64,000 nucleotides of DNA from an uncultured Methylomirabilota bacterium (GTDB lineage: Bacteria; Methylomirabilota; Methylomirabilia; Methylomirabilales; 2-02-FULL-66-22). Position 1 is the first letter of the stretch; every line of letters starts with the position of its first letter. A program made the translations under genes and the position numbers. Shown piece by piece: positions 44,170 to 54,783 of the stretch. The stretch lies in the NCBI GenBank assembly GCA_963845565.1, contig CAWJSJ010000003.1:95148-159147 (forward strand), written 5' to 3'. The notes under the pieces are model-generated. The model saw only the letters and a list, made by a program, of their open reading frames with translations. It made no database searches and was not told where the DNA came from.

Positions 44170-44650
44170 CGCTTCGGTGCACGGCTCCCGGAAGGCGGCC
44201 TCGTCGAAGCCCGGATCCAGCTGGCGGATGTGGCCGAGACCCCGGTCCCGGTCCTGTTGCCAGGTCGGGGTGTCCAGCGTGACGGTCGGCGCCGCGCCCA
44301 GGTTGAATGGCGCGACCATGGCGCGGTCGACGGGGCCGTCCGCGAGGGTCACCGCCTGCCGGGCCCGTATGCGCCGGACGACCCAGTAGATCAGACAGGC
44401 GACCCCGGCCAACAAGAGCAGATCCATCATGCCGAAGCCGCCGCCACTGGCCCCGCCGGCAAACCCCAGGCTGCGGAAGAGCATCCCGCCCAGGAGGCCC
44501 CCCACGAGCCCGCCCGCCAGGGACCGCAGGAACCCACCCGCGGGCGCGGGTTGGGCCATGGGTGAGGGCGCCGGGGCCGGGGTCGGCCGCGTGCTGGGGG
44601 TCGGGGCCGGGGCGCTGTAGGTCCGGCTAGGGCTCGAGAAGCTCCGCACG
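44170..44650 (-). pseudogene. Tim44-domain membrane protein remnant
   Basis: RSFSSPSR, Pro-rich linker, GGLVGGLLGGMLF, ..LDPGFDEAAF; no start codon and truncated before the Tim44 domain. Confidence 0.65.
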
Positions 44651-44711
44651 CCGCGGGTGCACGTTCGTCTGGCGGGGCGTCCGCCCTGCGTCCCCCCTCT
44701 TCGACCGCCCG

Positions 44712-45694
44712 CTACCGTGCGGGGCGGGCCGCACCGGACGTCCGGCCGGTCGCGTCCTTCAGGTACCGATAGAAGTCGCTGTCCGTGGTGAGGATCACGT
44801 CGAATTCTTGTTCTGCCCCTCCTTGTAGACCTCCAGGGTGCGCAGGAATGCGTAGAACTCGGGATTGCGGCTGAAGGCGGCGCCATAGACCTGCGTTGCC
44901 TCCGCATCGGCCTTGCCGCGGATCTCCTGCACCCGGCGGTAGGCGGTGGATCGGATCTGGCGCAGTTCTTTTTCCATGGTTCCGAGGATTTCCGCGCTCC
45001 TGCCCTTCTCCCTCCGACCGGAACTGGGCGGCGATGCGTTTCCGCTCGGAGATCATCCGGGCATACACCTTCTCCCGGACGCTCTCCACGTAGTCGAGAC
45101 GTTTGATGCGCACGTCCACCAGCTCGATCCCATACTGGGGGATGATCTTCCGCGCCTCGGTCAGGATGGTGCGGGTGATCTCCTCCCGCCCGCGGGTGAT
45201 CTTCTTCTTGAGCTCCTCCTGCAGCTCGGCCGGGACTTCTTCGCAGGACTTCGTCCTCGGGAACTTCCCACGATGCGCTGCGGACGAGCTCGACCAGTTC
45301 ACTGCTCGACACCTGGTCGCGGACCACGGAATCGATGATATCGTTCAGACGGGACTGAGCCCCCGCTTCCGTGGCCACGTTCTCCAGGAACTTCTTGGCA
45401 TCGGCGATTCGCCAGCGCGCCGTGGTGTCCACCCAGATGAACTCCCGTCCCTTGGTGGGGATCTGGTTGGGGTCGCCATCCCAGATGAGGAGGCGCTTCT
45501 CGAAACGCCGGACCTCCTGGATGAAGGGGAGCTTGATGTGCAGCCCCGCCTCGGTCACCGGCTCCCCCACGGGCCGGCCGAACTGCACGATGACCGCCTG
45601 CTGGCCCTCCTCCAGCGTGTAGAACGTGCCGGAGAGCACGAGCAGGATCGCCAAGACCAGGATGACCCAGCCCGACCTTCAGCGCGGTCTTCAT
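44712..45694 (-). CDS. hflC: Protease modulator HflC (several frameshifts)
   Basis: EGQQAVIVQFG, GLHIKLPFIQ, RMISERKRIA, PEFYAFLRTLE, SDFYRYL spread over frames. Confidence 0.85.
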
Positions 45695-46755
45695 GCTGCT
45701 TCCCTCCTTCGGCGGCCGGCTTGCTCCCGGATTCCAGGGGGAGCCAGGGGATCAGGGCTTTCTGGTCGCTGTCGACGATATAGAGGTCCTTCGCCTCCGC
45801 CAGGAAGCCGCCCAGGGATTCCAGGTAGAGGCGCCGCCGCGTGACCTCCGGAGCGCGCTGGTACTCGTCCAGGATGGCCAGAAAGCGGTTGGCCTCCCCG
45901 GTGGCCCGGTTGACGCGCTCGAGGGCGTAGCCTTCGGCCTGGCTGATGGTCTGGGTCGCCTCGCCGCGGGCCTTGGGGATTTCCCGGTTGGCCTGCTCCT
46001 GGGCCTGATTGATCGTCCGTTCCCTGTCCTGGCGCGCCTCGTTGACCTCGTTGAAGGCCGGCTTCACCGAATCCGGAGGCGTCACGTCCTGGAGTTCCAC
46101 GGTGACCAGACGGACCCCGGTCTCGTATTCGGTGAGGATCTTCTGAATCTCCTCCTTCACCTCGGTGGATACGTCGACCCGGCCCACGGTGAGCACGTCG
46201 CTGCCGAGACGGTTGCCCGACCACCCGGCGCATGACCGCCTCGGTGATGTCCCGGATCGTCTTCCGAGTGTCGCGCACCTGGAAGAGAAAGCGGATCGGG
46301 TCCTCGATCCGGTACTGGATGATCCACTGGACGTCGATCACGTTGAGGTCCCCCGTCAGCATGAGGGACTCGTCTTTGAGGCTTCTTGTCCGCGGTATTG
46401 CGTCCGCTGGCCGGCCGCGGTGGCCGTCGTCCGGAAGCCGAACTCCTCCTTGAGGACCCGGGCGGTGGGGACCATCCGAACGGTCTCGATCCCATACGGC
46501 AGCTTGAAGTGCAGACCCGGCCCGACTGTGCGGACGACCTCCCCGAATCGCTGGACGCATGCCCGTCTCTTCGGGCTGGACCGTGAACCAGCTCGACCAG
46601 AACAAGACGACCACGAGGAAGACCAGCGCCCCGGCGGCGAGCCGCCAGATTCCCGGGCCGCGGAAGAAATCCCGCGCCTGCCTGAATACGCGCTCCAGGT
46701 CGGGTGGCGGCCAGCGGGTCCCCCCGCCCGGGTCCTCGAATTCATACTGTCGCAT
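45691..46755 (-). CDS. hflK: Protease modulator HflK (several frameshifts)
   Basis: GPGLHFKLPYGIE, MLTGDLN, VKPAFNEVNEARQ, APEVTRRRLYLE. Confidence 0.85.
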   Translation of the reverse strand: MRQYEFEDPGGGTRWPPPDLERVFRQARDFFRGPGIWRLAAGALVFLVVVLFWSSWFTVQPEETGMRPAIRGGRPHSRAGSALQAAVWDRDRSDGPHRPGPQGGVRLPDDGHRGRPADAIPRTRSLKDESLMLTGDLNVIDVQWIIQYRIEDPIRFLFQVRDTRKTIRDITEAVMRRVVGQPSRQRRAHRGPGRRIHRGEGGDSEDPHRIRDRGPSGHRGTPGRDASGFGEAGLQRGQRGAPGQGTDDQSGPGAGQPGNPQGPRRGDPDHQPGRRLRPRARQPGHRGGQPLSGHPGRVPARSGGHAAAPLPGIPGRLPGGGEGPLYRRQRPESPDPLAPPGIREQAGRRRREAA

Positions 46756-46927
46756 GGCGTGTCTCCTTCCTATGAGGGTGGTGTGCGATCTGGCTGGCGC
46801 GGTGCATTCTCTCTGCACACATCGTTCCTAGGATCGGGGCGACAGCGAACGCCCTTCCCGTTCACCGCTCCCCACTCGCGGGCAGGGAAAGCGCGGCTCA
46901 GGATGCCGGTGCCCCCCAGCGCCTTGG

Positions 46928-47071
46928 CTACTGGTCAGCGGGGCCATCCGCTTGTTCTTTCTCACGCAGCATTTCCGCCTCGGCTTGGAACCAGTCGTCC
47001 CATTCGCCCCCGGGCTGGCCGCCCCGACCGAGGAAGAGGGTGTAGGCGCGGGCAGCGATTTCCTTCTCGAT
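46928..47071 (-). CDS. 47-aa DUF2934-like small protein (missing from ORF track; ATC start after GGAGG)
   Basis: Manual translation IEKEIAARAYTLFLGRGGQPGGEWDDWFQAEAEMLREKEQADGPADQ*. Confidence 0.7.
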   Translation of the reverse strand: MEKEIAARAYTLFLGRGGQPGGEWDDWFQAEAEMLREKEQADGPADQ

Positions 47072-47128
47072 CGGTGCGCCTCCGTCTCTCCCGCCGCGAC
47101 CCGATCGCTCGGGTGCACCGAGGTGGGG

Positions 47129-47265
47129 AAAAACAAAAACCCTTCAGCGGCCGGTTCAGCCGCGAAGGGTCTTGATCCGGGGACACGGTCCCCGCTGAGA
47201 GGCCGGGCGTCTGCGCGCCGTCCTGACGACCTCATCAGACCAGCCGAGTGATCTACTCCCCCTTG
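47129..47265 (-). ncRNA. yybP-ykoY (Mn2+) riboswitch with overlapping terminator, copy 1
   Basis: AAGGGGGAGTAG..CGTCAGGACGG..CCGG..CAAGACCCTT, then hairpin and U-tract. Confidence 0.85.
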
Positions 47266-47274
47266 CTGTCGCGC

Positions 47275-47334
47275 ACTGTACCGAAAGGCGACTCCGGTTG
47301 TCAATCATATTCGCATATAATTGTTCAATCATTC
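47275..47334 (-). promoter_or_regulatory. sigma70 promoter plus conserved operator-like motif, copy 1
   Basis: TTGACA-N18-TACAGT; upstream motif (plus strand) CATATTCG..TAATTG..TCATTC shared with 56462-56520. Confidence 0.7.
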
Positions 47335-48020
47335 ACTACTCGGCCGCGCGCCGCATGCGTCGGCCGTGCTGCCGTCTGCGCGCCGCGCCGCCGCTTCACG
47401 ACTTCGACTGCCGCCGGCGCCGCGCTGACGATGACGATCGCCAGGATGACGTACTGGAAATTCTGCTGGACCGCAGGGAGCGTCCCGATGGTATACCCCA
47501 GGCCGACGAAGATCAACACCCAGGCCACGGCGCCCACGACGTTGAAGAGGGCGAAGCGTCCATAGCGCATCTGCCCCATCCCGGCCACGAATGGCGCGAA
47601 CGTGCGGACGATCGGCACGAAGCGGGCGAGAATGATCGTCTTGCCGCCATGCCGTTCGTAGAAACGCTGCGCGGTCGCCAGATGCCGGGGGTTCAGGAGC
47701 CAGGCACGGTGCGACCGACACAGCCGTGATCCGAGCCGAGCGCCGACCGCGTAGTTGAGCGCATCGCCCAGGATGCCGGCGAGGATCAGCAGCGCGGCGA
47801 CCACCCCGATGTGGATGGGCGTGCCCGGCATGGCGGCCAGGGCCCCAACGGCGAAGAGCAGGGAGTCCCCGGGCAGAAACGGCGTCACGATCAGCCCCGT
47901 CTCGCAGAAGACGATTATTGCGAGCACGACGTAGAGCCAGGGGCCAAGGCTGCCCGCCCACTCCGCCAGTGTCACGTCGATGCGGGTGACGAGACTCCAC
48001 AGGTCCGCAAGCAATTCCAT
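47325..48020 (-). CDS. dedA: DedA family protein
   Basis: ETGLIVTPFLPGDSLLF, ARFVPIVRTFAP. Confidence 0.95.
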   Translation of the reverse strand: MELLADLWSLVTRIDVTLAEWAGSLGPWLYVVLAIIVFCETGLIVTPFLPGDSLLFAVGALAAMPGTPIHIGVVAALLILAGILGDALNYAVGARLGSRLCRSHRAWLLNPRHLATAQRFYERHGGKTIILARFVPIVRTFAPFVAGMGQMRYGRFALFNVVGAVAWVLIFVGLGYTIGTLPAVQQNFQYVILAIVIVSAAPAAVEVVKRRRGAQTAARPTHAARGRVVND

Positions 48021-48436
48021 CAACCGGCTCCCTGCAGGAGCGCCCGCAGCGGCTCCAGTAGTGCAACGAGGGCGGCGGAGGCTGGGATCAGTAACACTCG
48101 CAGGCTGGCGGTCTGGTCGCCGGGGAACGCGGGCTGGGCGTGCCCCAGACCGGCCAATGCGAAGACGCCAAACAGCGCGAGAACGACATACGCGGCGAGG
48201 GCAGTGAGCCCGAGGAGGTCCAGGAACGCGCCCGCAATGACCAGCGGAAGTCGCGACAACCGCCGACGCAGCGAGGCGAGCCGGGCTGACCTCTGCTGCG
48301 GCAACCGCCGCCCCGAGTCAGCATCCTCCACATCCGCGACCCCGCCCAGGTCGTGGGCTACACGGGCGGTATGCCAAGACGTCTCGCGCCTTCCCCGCGT
48401 CCCCGCGGTATACCCCCACCTCTGGCTCGCAGCCAT
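48020..48436 (-). CDS. Hypothetical membrane protein
   Basis: AAGGAGG RBS, hydrophobic C-half, TGATG coupling to dedA. Confidence 0.55.
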   Translation of the reverse strand: MAASQRWGYTAGTRGRRETSWHTARVAHDLGGVADVEDADSGRRLPQQRSARLASLRRRLSRLPLVIAGAFLDLLGLTALAAYVVLALFGVFALAGLGHAQPAFPGDQTASLRVLLIPASAALVALLEPLRALLQGAG

Positions 48437-48449
48437 TCTCTTGCCTCCT

Positions 48450-48890
48450 TCAGCGGTACGCCCACGGATCCGGCACTGCTTTGATTGACCTCTCCGTCCA
48501 CCGCTGCTCCTCGCGCCAGCGCCACTGCCCCGCCGCCACCGGGCGATAACGCCACCGGAATCCGCTCCCACTGCGGTTGAGCCGTTTGCCGTCGCCCGTC
48601 ACCGCCACGGCGACTCGCCTGTACGCGGAGACGATCGGCCCCCCCGGCGAAGCCAGCGCGACCGCGCATCGCACCGTGAACCCGCATCCCCGACATCGCT
48701 TTTAGCGGGCCGTCCAGTTGCCCCTCGGTCTCCCGGTCTCCCAGCTCCACCATTGCCTCCTGGCAGCAGGGGCCAGCGCGTGACGGGGATGACGATCCCG
48801 CGCCGGGAAGCTGCGCTGACGCCCTCCCGAACCGAGGGGCGGCCTTCTCTCCCGTTCGCGCCGCAACTCTCGCCGCCGTGTGGCGGCCGG
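48450..48890 (-). pseudogene. Disrupted GPCC..CxxCGFTVR protein (paralog of 60261-60539)
   Basis: Reconstructed IVIPSRAGPCCQEAMVELGDRETEGNWTAR*KRCRGCGFTVRC; two indels and one TAA; start approximate. Confidence 0.6.
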
Positions 48891-49226
48891 TCACCTCGAT
48901 TGGAACAGGCGCAGCCAGAAGTCCCTCGGCGCACTCCGTGCCGCGCGGAACCCTCCGAGGGCGCCCGAGCGATGGGGCCCGATCACAAGTGCGCCGCCAC
49001 ACTCCACGTGCACAAAGGCCCCGGTTTCGACGAGCAGCCCGACGTCTAGCCGGTCCCGGACCTGCGTCCAGCACCGCGCACATCGGTGCCCCGTCCGCTC
49101 CCAGGTCTCGAGACACTGGCGGCAGATGGCGAGGCGTGGGCGAAAGGGGGAACGGAGCGCGCGTTCCCACGTCCCGCAGACCTCACCGCACCTGCCACAA
49201 CGGAATCCGGCCAGCAGCCGCCACAT
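48891..49226 (-). CDS. Small double zinc-finger protein
   Basis: GGAGG RBS; CGRC, CRQC, CARC, HVEC. Confidence 0.6.
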   Translation of the reverse strand: MWRLLAGFRCGRCGEVCGTWERALRSPFRPRLAICRQCLETWERTGHRCARCWTQVRDRLDVGLLVETGAFVHVECGGALVIGPHRSGALGGFRAARSAPRDFWLRLFQSR

Positions 49227-49357
49227 CTTGGAACACCTCCTGCCCGATCGCGTCGTCAAGAGGGGGCGAGGCTTGCCCCCGGCGCGCCAAGGAATTCCGA
49301 GGGAAACCCGATCCCACCGCACATCCACGCGTGCCTTCACGTCCTCCCATAGGATCC

Positions 49358-52133
49358 TCACTCACGATCCTGCTCGCCCGTCTGCCCACCCTGGCCGCGC
49401 CGACCGGACCCGGGCCACCGGCCGGCCACCCATTTGCCCGTCTCGACGAGCAGAAAGCCGGCTCCGCTCACCGAGAGCGCGACTCCCCAGTCGGCCCAGG
49501 TCAACGGGATGACATGGAAGGCTTTGGCCCACGCTGGGATGTAGATCACCGCGAGCGTCATGGCCCCCGAACCGAGGGTGGCGAGCCAAAGCCACCGGTT
49601 GCCGAAGACCCCGAGCTGTAGGACGGTGAACCGGAGCGAGCGACAGGTGTGCGCGAAGAAGAGCTCGAAGAGGATCAGGGTCACGAAGGTCATGCGTCTG
49701 CGCCTTGGCCACGCCCTCTGTCTGCCAGTAGGTGTAGAAGATCGGCACCAGCCCCGCCACGATGATCAGACTGAGACTGAGGAGCGCGGTGAGGACGGAC
49801 CAGCCGAAGACCGCGTCTCCCGATTTCCGCGGGGCCCGGCGCATCAGGTCCGGTTCCGCCGGCTCCACGCCCAGCGCCAAGGCCGGGAGCCCGTCCGTGG
49901 TGAGGTTCACCCAGAGTATCTGCAGGGCCACGAGCGGGAGCGGCCACCCGATGAAGCCCGCCATGCCGAGGAGCAGGATCTCTGCGACATTGCAGGACAG
50001 GAGGAAGGTCAGATATTTCTTGATGTTGTCATAGATGACCCGGCCTTCCTCCACCGCGGCGACGATGCTGGCGAAGTTGTCGTCCGCCAACACCATGTCG
50101 CAGGCTTCCTTGGTGACGTCTGTACCCGTGATGCCCATGGCCACCCCGATGTCCGCACGCTTGAGGGCCGGGGCGTCGTTCACGCCGTCGCCTGTCATGG
50201 CGACCACGTGCTGCTGGCTCTTCCAGGCACCCACGATCTTCATCTTGTGCTCGGGGGACACCCGGGCGTACACGGCCACCTCGTCGACCATGCGCGCGAG
50301 GTCGGCCTCCGAGAGACGATCCAGCTCCCGGCCCTCGAGGACCCGGAGAGAGGTGCCCTTCCCGTTGCCGCCGGCCCCGTTGCCATTGCCCCTCTTGAAC
50401 AACCCGAGCTCGCGCGCCACCGCAGTCGCGGTGAGCTTGTGATCGCCCGTGATCATGACCGTGCGAATCCCCGCTTCGCGACAGGAGCGGATGGCCTCGC
50501 GCGCCTCGTCCCGCGGCGGGTCGATCATGCCCACGAGCCCGAGGAACGTCAGGTCGGTCTCCAAGGTCTCGGGGGTCATGGCAGCCGGGACGCCGTCTAG
50601 GCGCCGGTAGGCGATCCCCAGGACGCGGAGCGCGTCAGTCGCCATCCGGTCGTTCGACTCCAGGATCCGCGCGCGGATGGCTGATGTGAGCGGCTCCAGG
50701 CGTCCATCCCGCTCCCACGCCACGCAGCGGTCTACCAACACATCCGGCGCGCCCTTTACGAAGGCCACCACGCTCCCGTCCCGGTCCGCGTGGACCGTGC
50801 TCATGCGTTTCCGCTCGGACTCGAAGGGGATCTCGGCCACCCGGGGCCAGACCTGCCGGAGGTCCGCCGCCTGCATGCCGGCCTTCTCCGCGAGGACCAG
50901 GAGCGCCGCCTCCGTGGGATCGCCCTTGACCCGGCGGCTCCCGTTCTCACCGACGAAGTGCGTATCGTTGCAGAGCGCGCCGGCCTGGAGCAGCCGCTCC
51001 GCAGCGGGATCCGCGACGACCGCCACCGCCCCACCGTTGATGCGGAACTCCCCGACCGGGTCGTAGCCAACGCCCGTGACGTCGAGCAGCCGCCCGCCGG
51101 CGAAGACCTTTCGGACCGTCATCTCGTTTCGAGTCAGCGTCCCCGTCTTGTCGGAGCAGATGACGGTCGTGCAGCCAAGGGTCTCCACCGCCGGGAGGCG
51201 GCGGATGATGGCGCGGCGGCGCGCCGCGCGCTGCACCCCGATAGCCAGCGCGCCGGTCACGACGGCCGCCAGGGCCTCCGGCACCGCGGCAATAGCCAGG
51301 CTCACGCCCCAGATGAGCATCTCGAGCGGGGGATTGCCGCGGAAGATGCCCAGCGCGACCACGGCGGCCGAGACCCCGAGGCAGGCCAGGCCCAGCCGCT
51401 TTCCGATGTAGTCCATCTTGATGGCCAGGGGTGAAGGGTCTTCCACGACGTCCTGGAGCATCTTGGCGATCCGGCCGAACTCCGTCTGCATGCCGGTGGC
51501 GGTCACCACGGCCTGGCCGCGTCCGTACGTCACCACCGTCCCGGCGAACACCATGTTGCGCCGGTCGCCCACCCCCGCCTCCAGCCCGAGCCGCGCGTGA
51601 ACATCCTTCTCCACGGCCGTCGATTCGCCGGTGAGCGACGCCTCGTCCACCCGCAGGTTCGCGGCCTCCAGGAGCCGCGCATCCGCCGGTACCCGATCGC
51701 CGGCGTTGAGGAGGAGCACGTCGCCAGGGACGACCTCGGCCGAGGCCACCTCGATGGGCTCGCCCCCCCGGACCACCGACGCGCTCGGCGCGGCCATGGC
51801 CTTCAGCGCCTGCATCGCGCGCTCGGCGCGGAACTCCTGGTAGAAGCCGAGGAGCGCGCTCACGATGACGATACTGAAGATCACCGTGGCGTCCAGGGTG
51901 TGCCCCAGGAGCAGGGAGAGCCCGGTGGCCCCGATCAGGAGCAGGATGAGGAAGTTCTTGAACTGCGCCAGGAGGATGTGCCAGGGGCTCACGCCCTTCT
52001 CTTCCCGCAGCGTGTTTGGGCCGAACCGCTGCAGCCGGACAGCCGCCTCAGCAGGGCTGAGCCCCGTAGGAGTCGTGTCCAGCCCTCGCAGTGTCTCGTC
52101 GGCCGTCAAGTGATACCACCGTGTCTCCACCAT
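49358..52133 (-). CDS. Type II (Ca2+/Mn2+-like) P-type ATPase; frameshift near 49695
   Basis: TGES, VPEAL, DKTGT, TGDGVND, CNVAE, NLTTDGLPALAL. Confidence 0.93.
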
Positions 52134-52280
52134 CGCTCCTCCTCGCTTCCTCAGTTGTCGTCGGTGCAGTGTGACATGAGCAGTATGGATCGCCTCAACC
52201 CCGCGTCGTCGGCTCAGTAGCCCGGTATCCGCGGTGGCCGCCACGTGTCTGCGCGAATCGCGCGGCCACCACGCCAACCC

Positions 52281-53183
52281 TCATCTACGGACGACCAGTG
52301 TCGGGCATTTGGTCTCGCGCAGCAGCGTCTCCGCGACACTGCCCAGTGCAACCTCCCGTCCCGCCGTCCGCCCGCGGGCGCCCAGGACCAGGAGGTCCGG
52401 AACCCAGCGATGCACCTCATCGACCAGCTCACGTCCGGCATCGCCTTTCCGCAAGGACGACTGGACCCGGCAGGACAGCGAGGCCACGATGCCGAGCGCC
52501 TTGGTCACCGTCTGTATCGCCGTCCGTTTCTCCACCTCCGCCAGGAGGAGCAGCATGCCGCCCCGGCGGGCGCGCCCGGGCAGGGGCACGCTCGGCAGCG
52601 CGTCCGGCGTTTCCGAGACGGCGCAGATGCGCAGCTCGGCGCTGGGCGGCACCGGGAGTCCGGCCACGAAGCGAAGCGCCGCCTCCGCGTGCAACGAGCC
52701 GTCCGTCGCGACCAGCACCCGCTCAAAGCTCGCCACACGTCGCTTGGCCACCAGCACGGGACACGGCGCGGTACGCACGACCTCGTCCGACACGCTGCCG
52801 AGGATCGCCCGGCTGAGGGCGCCTCGGCCGCTGGAGCCCACGAGGATGAGATCGGCCCGCCACGACGTGGCGACTTGGAGGATGCCCGCCGTCGGCCGCC
52901 CGTCCACGATTCTGACCGCCACACTCGCGGCTCGGTGTCGGAGCGCCGCGTAGAGGGATTCCACCACCTTCTCGGCGCCCCGTTGGGCCTCGGCGCGAAG
53001 GCCGGCGATCGCGCTTCCGTAGAGCCGGCGGGCGTGCGGGCCAGGCGACGTGAGCGGCGGGCGCGGGATGTCCAAGACGGACGCGAGGACGATGTTCAGA
53101 GGGTCGGTCAGGGGGAAGATCCGGATGCCCTCCTCAACCCATCCCGGGTCGGCGTGCGGCTCGACGGCGATGACGATTCGCAT
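52281..53183 (-). CDS. Tandem-domain universal stress protein
   Basis: Two USP domains (GSSGR..LGSVSDEVVR..CPVLV; GARG..LGSVAE..CPTLVV). Confidence 0.9.
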   Translation of the reverse strand: MRIVIAVEPHADPGWVEEGIRIFPLTDPLNIVLASVLDIPRPPLTSPGPHARRLYGSAIAGLRAEAQRGAEKVVESLYAALRHRAASVAVRIVDGRPTAGILQVATSWRADLILVGSSGRGALSRAILGSVSDEVVRTAPCPVLVAKRRVASFERVLVATDGSLHAEAALRFVAGLPVPPSAELRICAVSETPDALPSVPLPGRARRGGMLLLLAEVEKRTAIQTVTKALGIVASLSCRVQSSLRKGDAGRELVDEVHRWVPDLLVLGARGRTAGREVALGSVAETLLRETKCPTLVVRR

Positions 53184-53196
53184 GGTGGTCCAGAGA

Positions 53197-53213
53197 AGCA
53201 ACGCCCGTACCAG
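53197..53213 (-). promoter_or_regulatory. Putative sigma54 promoter of the usp-ATPase operon
   Basis: CTGGTACGGGCGTTGCT (GG-N10-GC). Confidence 0.7.
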
Positions 53214-53380
53214 CGCGAGCCCCAGACTCCCACAGGCCAAAGTGCTCGATTCTGTGGCGCCGGCGGCGCGGGGAGCGAGCGGCGAAGGATGACGGCCAAC
53301 GGCAAGGTGTCGCGAGCCGACGCTATCCGTATCGGAGGGTATCGCCAGAAATTTGGGGGGTTAGTGTTTCAGGGCGGCCG

Positions 53381-53413
53381 CGACAGGCTGTCGGCTAGTC
53401 GGACACGGTGTCG
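53381..53413. promoter_or_regulatory. Tandem palindromes, candidate enhancer (UAS)
   Basis: CGACAGGCTGTCG and GGACACGGTGTCG, 20 bp apart. Confidence 0.55.
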
Positions 53414-54783
53414 GGCGGGAAGGATTCCGCAGCGGGCGGCTTCGCCAGCCGCTGATCGCGGCGCTCGAGCGTCCGGGGATGCACCTGCAGGATCTGGGCG
53501 GCACGGGCCCGGTCGCCATGCACCTCGGCGAGCACGCGCTCGATGTAACGCTCCTCCAGGTCACGGAGGCTCCAGTTGTGGGCCAGGCCCATCTCAAGGA
53601 TCTCGCCCTGCTCCCGCACCGAGGACGGGAGATCCGCCGGCGTGATGAGCTCCGCACGCGCGAAGGCCACGGCGCGCTCCATGGCATTCTCCAACTCGCG
53701 GACGTTCCCGGGCCAGCGGTAGGCCTCCACAAGCGCTATCGCCTCGGACGTCAGGCCGCGAACCGGCCGCTCCTGCTGCGCGGCGAACTTCCCGACGAAA
53801 TGGCGCACGAGCCGCGGGAGGTCGCTCGCTCGCTCGCGGAGCGGGGGAAGGTGAATGCCCACGACGTTGAGCCGGTAGTAGAGATCCGCACGGAACGTGC
53901 CGGCATCGATCTGGGCATTCGGGTCGCGATTGGTCGAGGCTATGGCCCGGAACTCTACCACCGTGCCGCGGTTGCTCCCCAGGGGACGCACTTCCCGATC
54001 CTCGAGGACGCGGAGAAGTTTCGCCTGCAGGGCGACGGACATCTCGGAGATCTCGTCGAGGAAGAGCGTTCCCCCGTGCGCCTCCTCCACCAGGCCCTTC
54101 CGGGCCGTCGCGGCCCCGGTGAAGGCCCCGCGGACGTGGCCGAACAACTCGCTTTCGAGCAGAGTTTCGGGAATCGCGGCGCAGTTCAGCGCGACGAAGG
54201 GGCCCCGACGTCTCGGGCTGTTGTAGTGAATGGCCTTCGCCACCAATTCCTTGCCGGTCCCGCTCTCGCCTGTCACGAGGACGCTGAGATCGGCACGCGC
54301 GGCACCCGCGATCAGCGCGAACACTTCCTGCATCCCGGGGCTGCTTCCGACCAGGCTCGCGAAACCATAGCGCCGCTCGACCTCGCCCCGGAGCGAGCGG
54401 TTCTCGCGCCGAAGGCGCGTATCTTCCAGGGCCCGCTCCAGCGCCAGGACGAGTTCCTCGATCTCGAACGGCTTGGAGACATAATCGAAGGCGCCCTGTT
54501 TCACCGCCTCGATCGCGGAGGCGATCGTGGCGAAGGCGGTGATGATGATGACCTTCGCTTCGGGCTGGCTCTCCGCGGCTGCCCGCACGATCTCCAACCC
54601 GTCGAAGTCGGGCATTCGGAGATCGGTCACCACCGCATCCACGGGCGCTTCGCGGAGGATTCGCATCCCCGCCGCGCCGGAGGACGCGGGGAGGACCGTG
54701 AAGCCGCACGCGGCGAGTTCCTGCTCCAGCAAACGCACAATCTCGCCGTCGTCATCCACGACCAGCACTCTGGCCTCAGGCAC
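53395..54783 (-). CDS. NtrC-family sigma54-dependent response regulator
   Basis: Receiver, GESGTGKE, GAFTGA, WPGNVREL, Fis HTH. Confidence 0.95.
   Translation of the reverse strand: MPEARVLVVDDDGEIVRLLEQELAACGFTVLPASSGAAGMRILREAPVDAVVTDLRMPDFDGLEIVRAAAESQPEAKVIIITAFATIASAIEAVKQGAFDYVSKPFEIEELVLALERALEDTRLRRENRSLRGEVERRYGFASLVGSSPGMQEVFALIAGAARADLSVLVTGESGTGKELVAKAIHYNSPRRRGPFVALNCAAIPETLLESELFGHVRGAFTGAATARKGLVEEAHGGTLFLDEISEMSVALQAKLLRVLEDREVRPLGSNRGTVVEFRAIASTNRDPNAQIDAGTFRADLYYRLNVVGIHLPPLRERASDLPRLVRHFVGKFAAQQERPVRGLTSEAIALVEAYRWPGNVRELENAMERAVAFARAELITPADLPSSVREQGEILEMGLAHNWSLRDLEERYIERVLAEVHGDRARAAQILQVHPRTLERRDQRLAKPPAAESFPPDTVSD

Noticed and set aside
44101..45654. 517-aa HflC-Tim44 fusion ORF
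   Set aside because: Product of frameshifts; the middle is off-frame nonsense, and HflC ends at 44712 in another frame.
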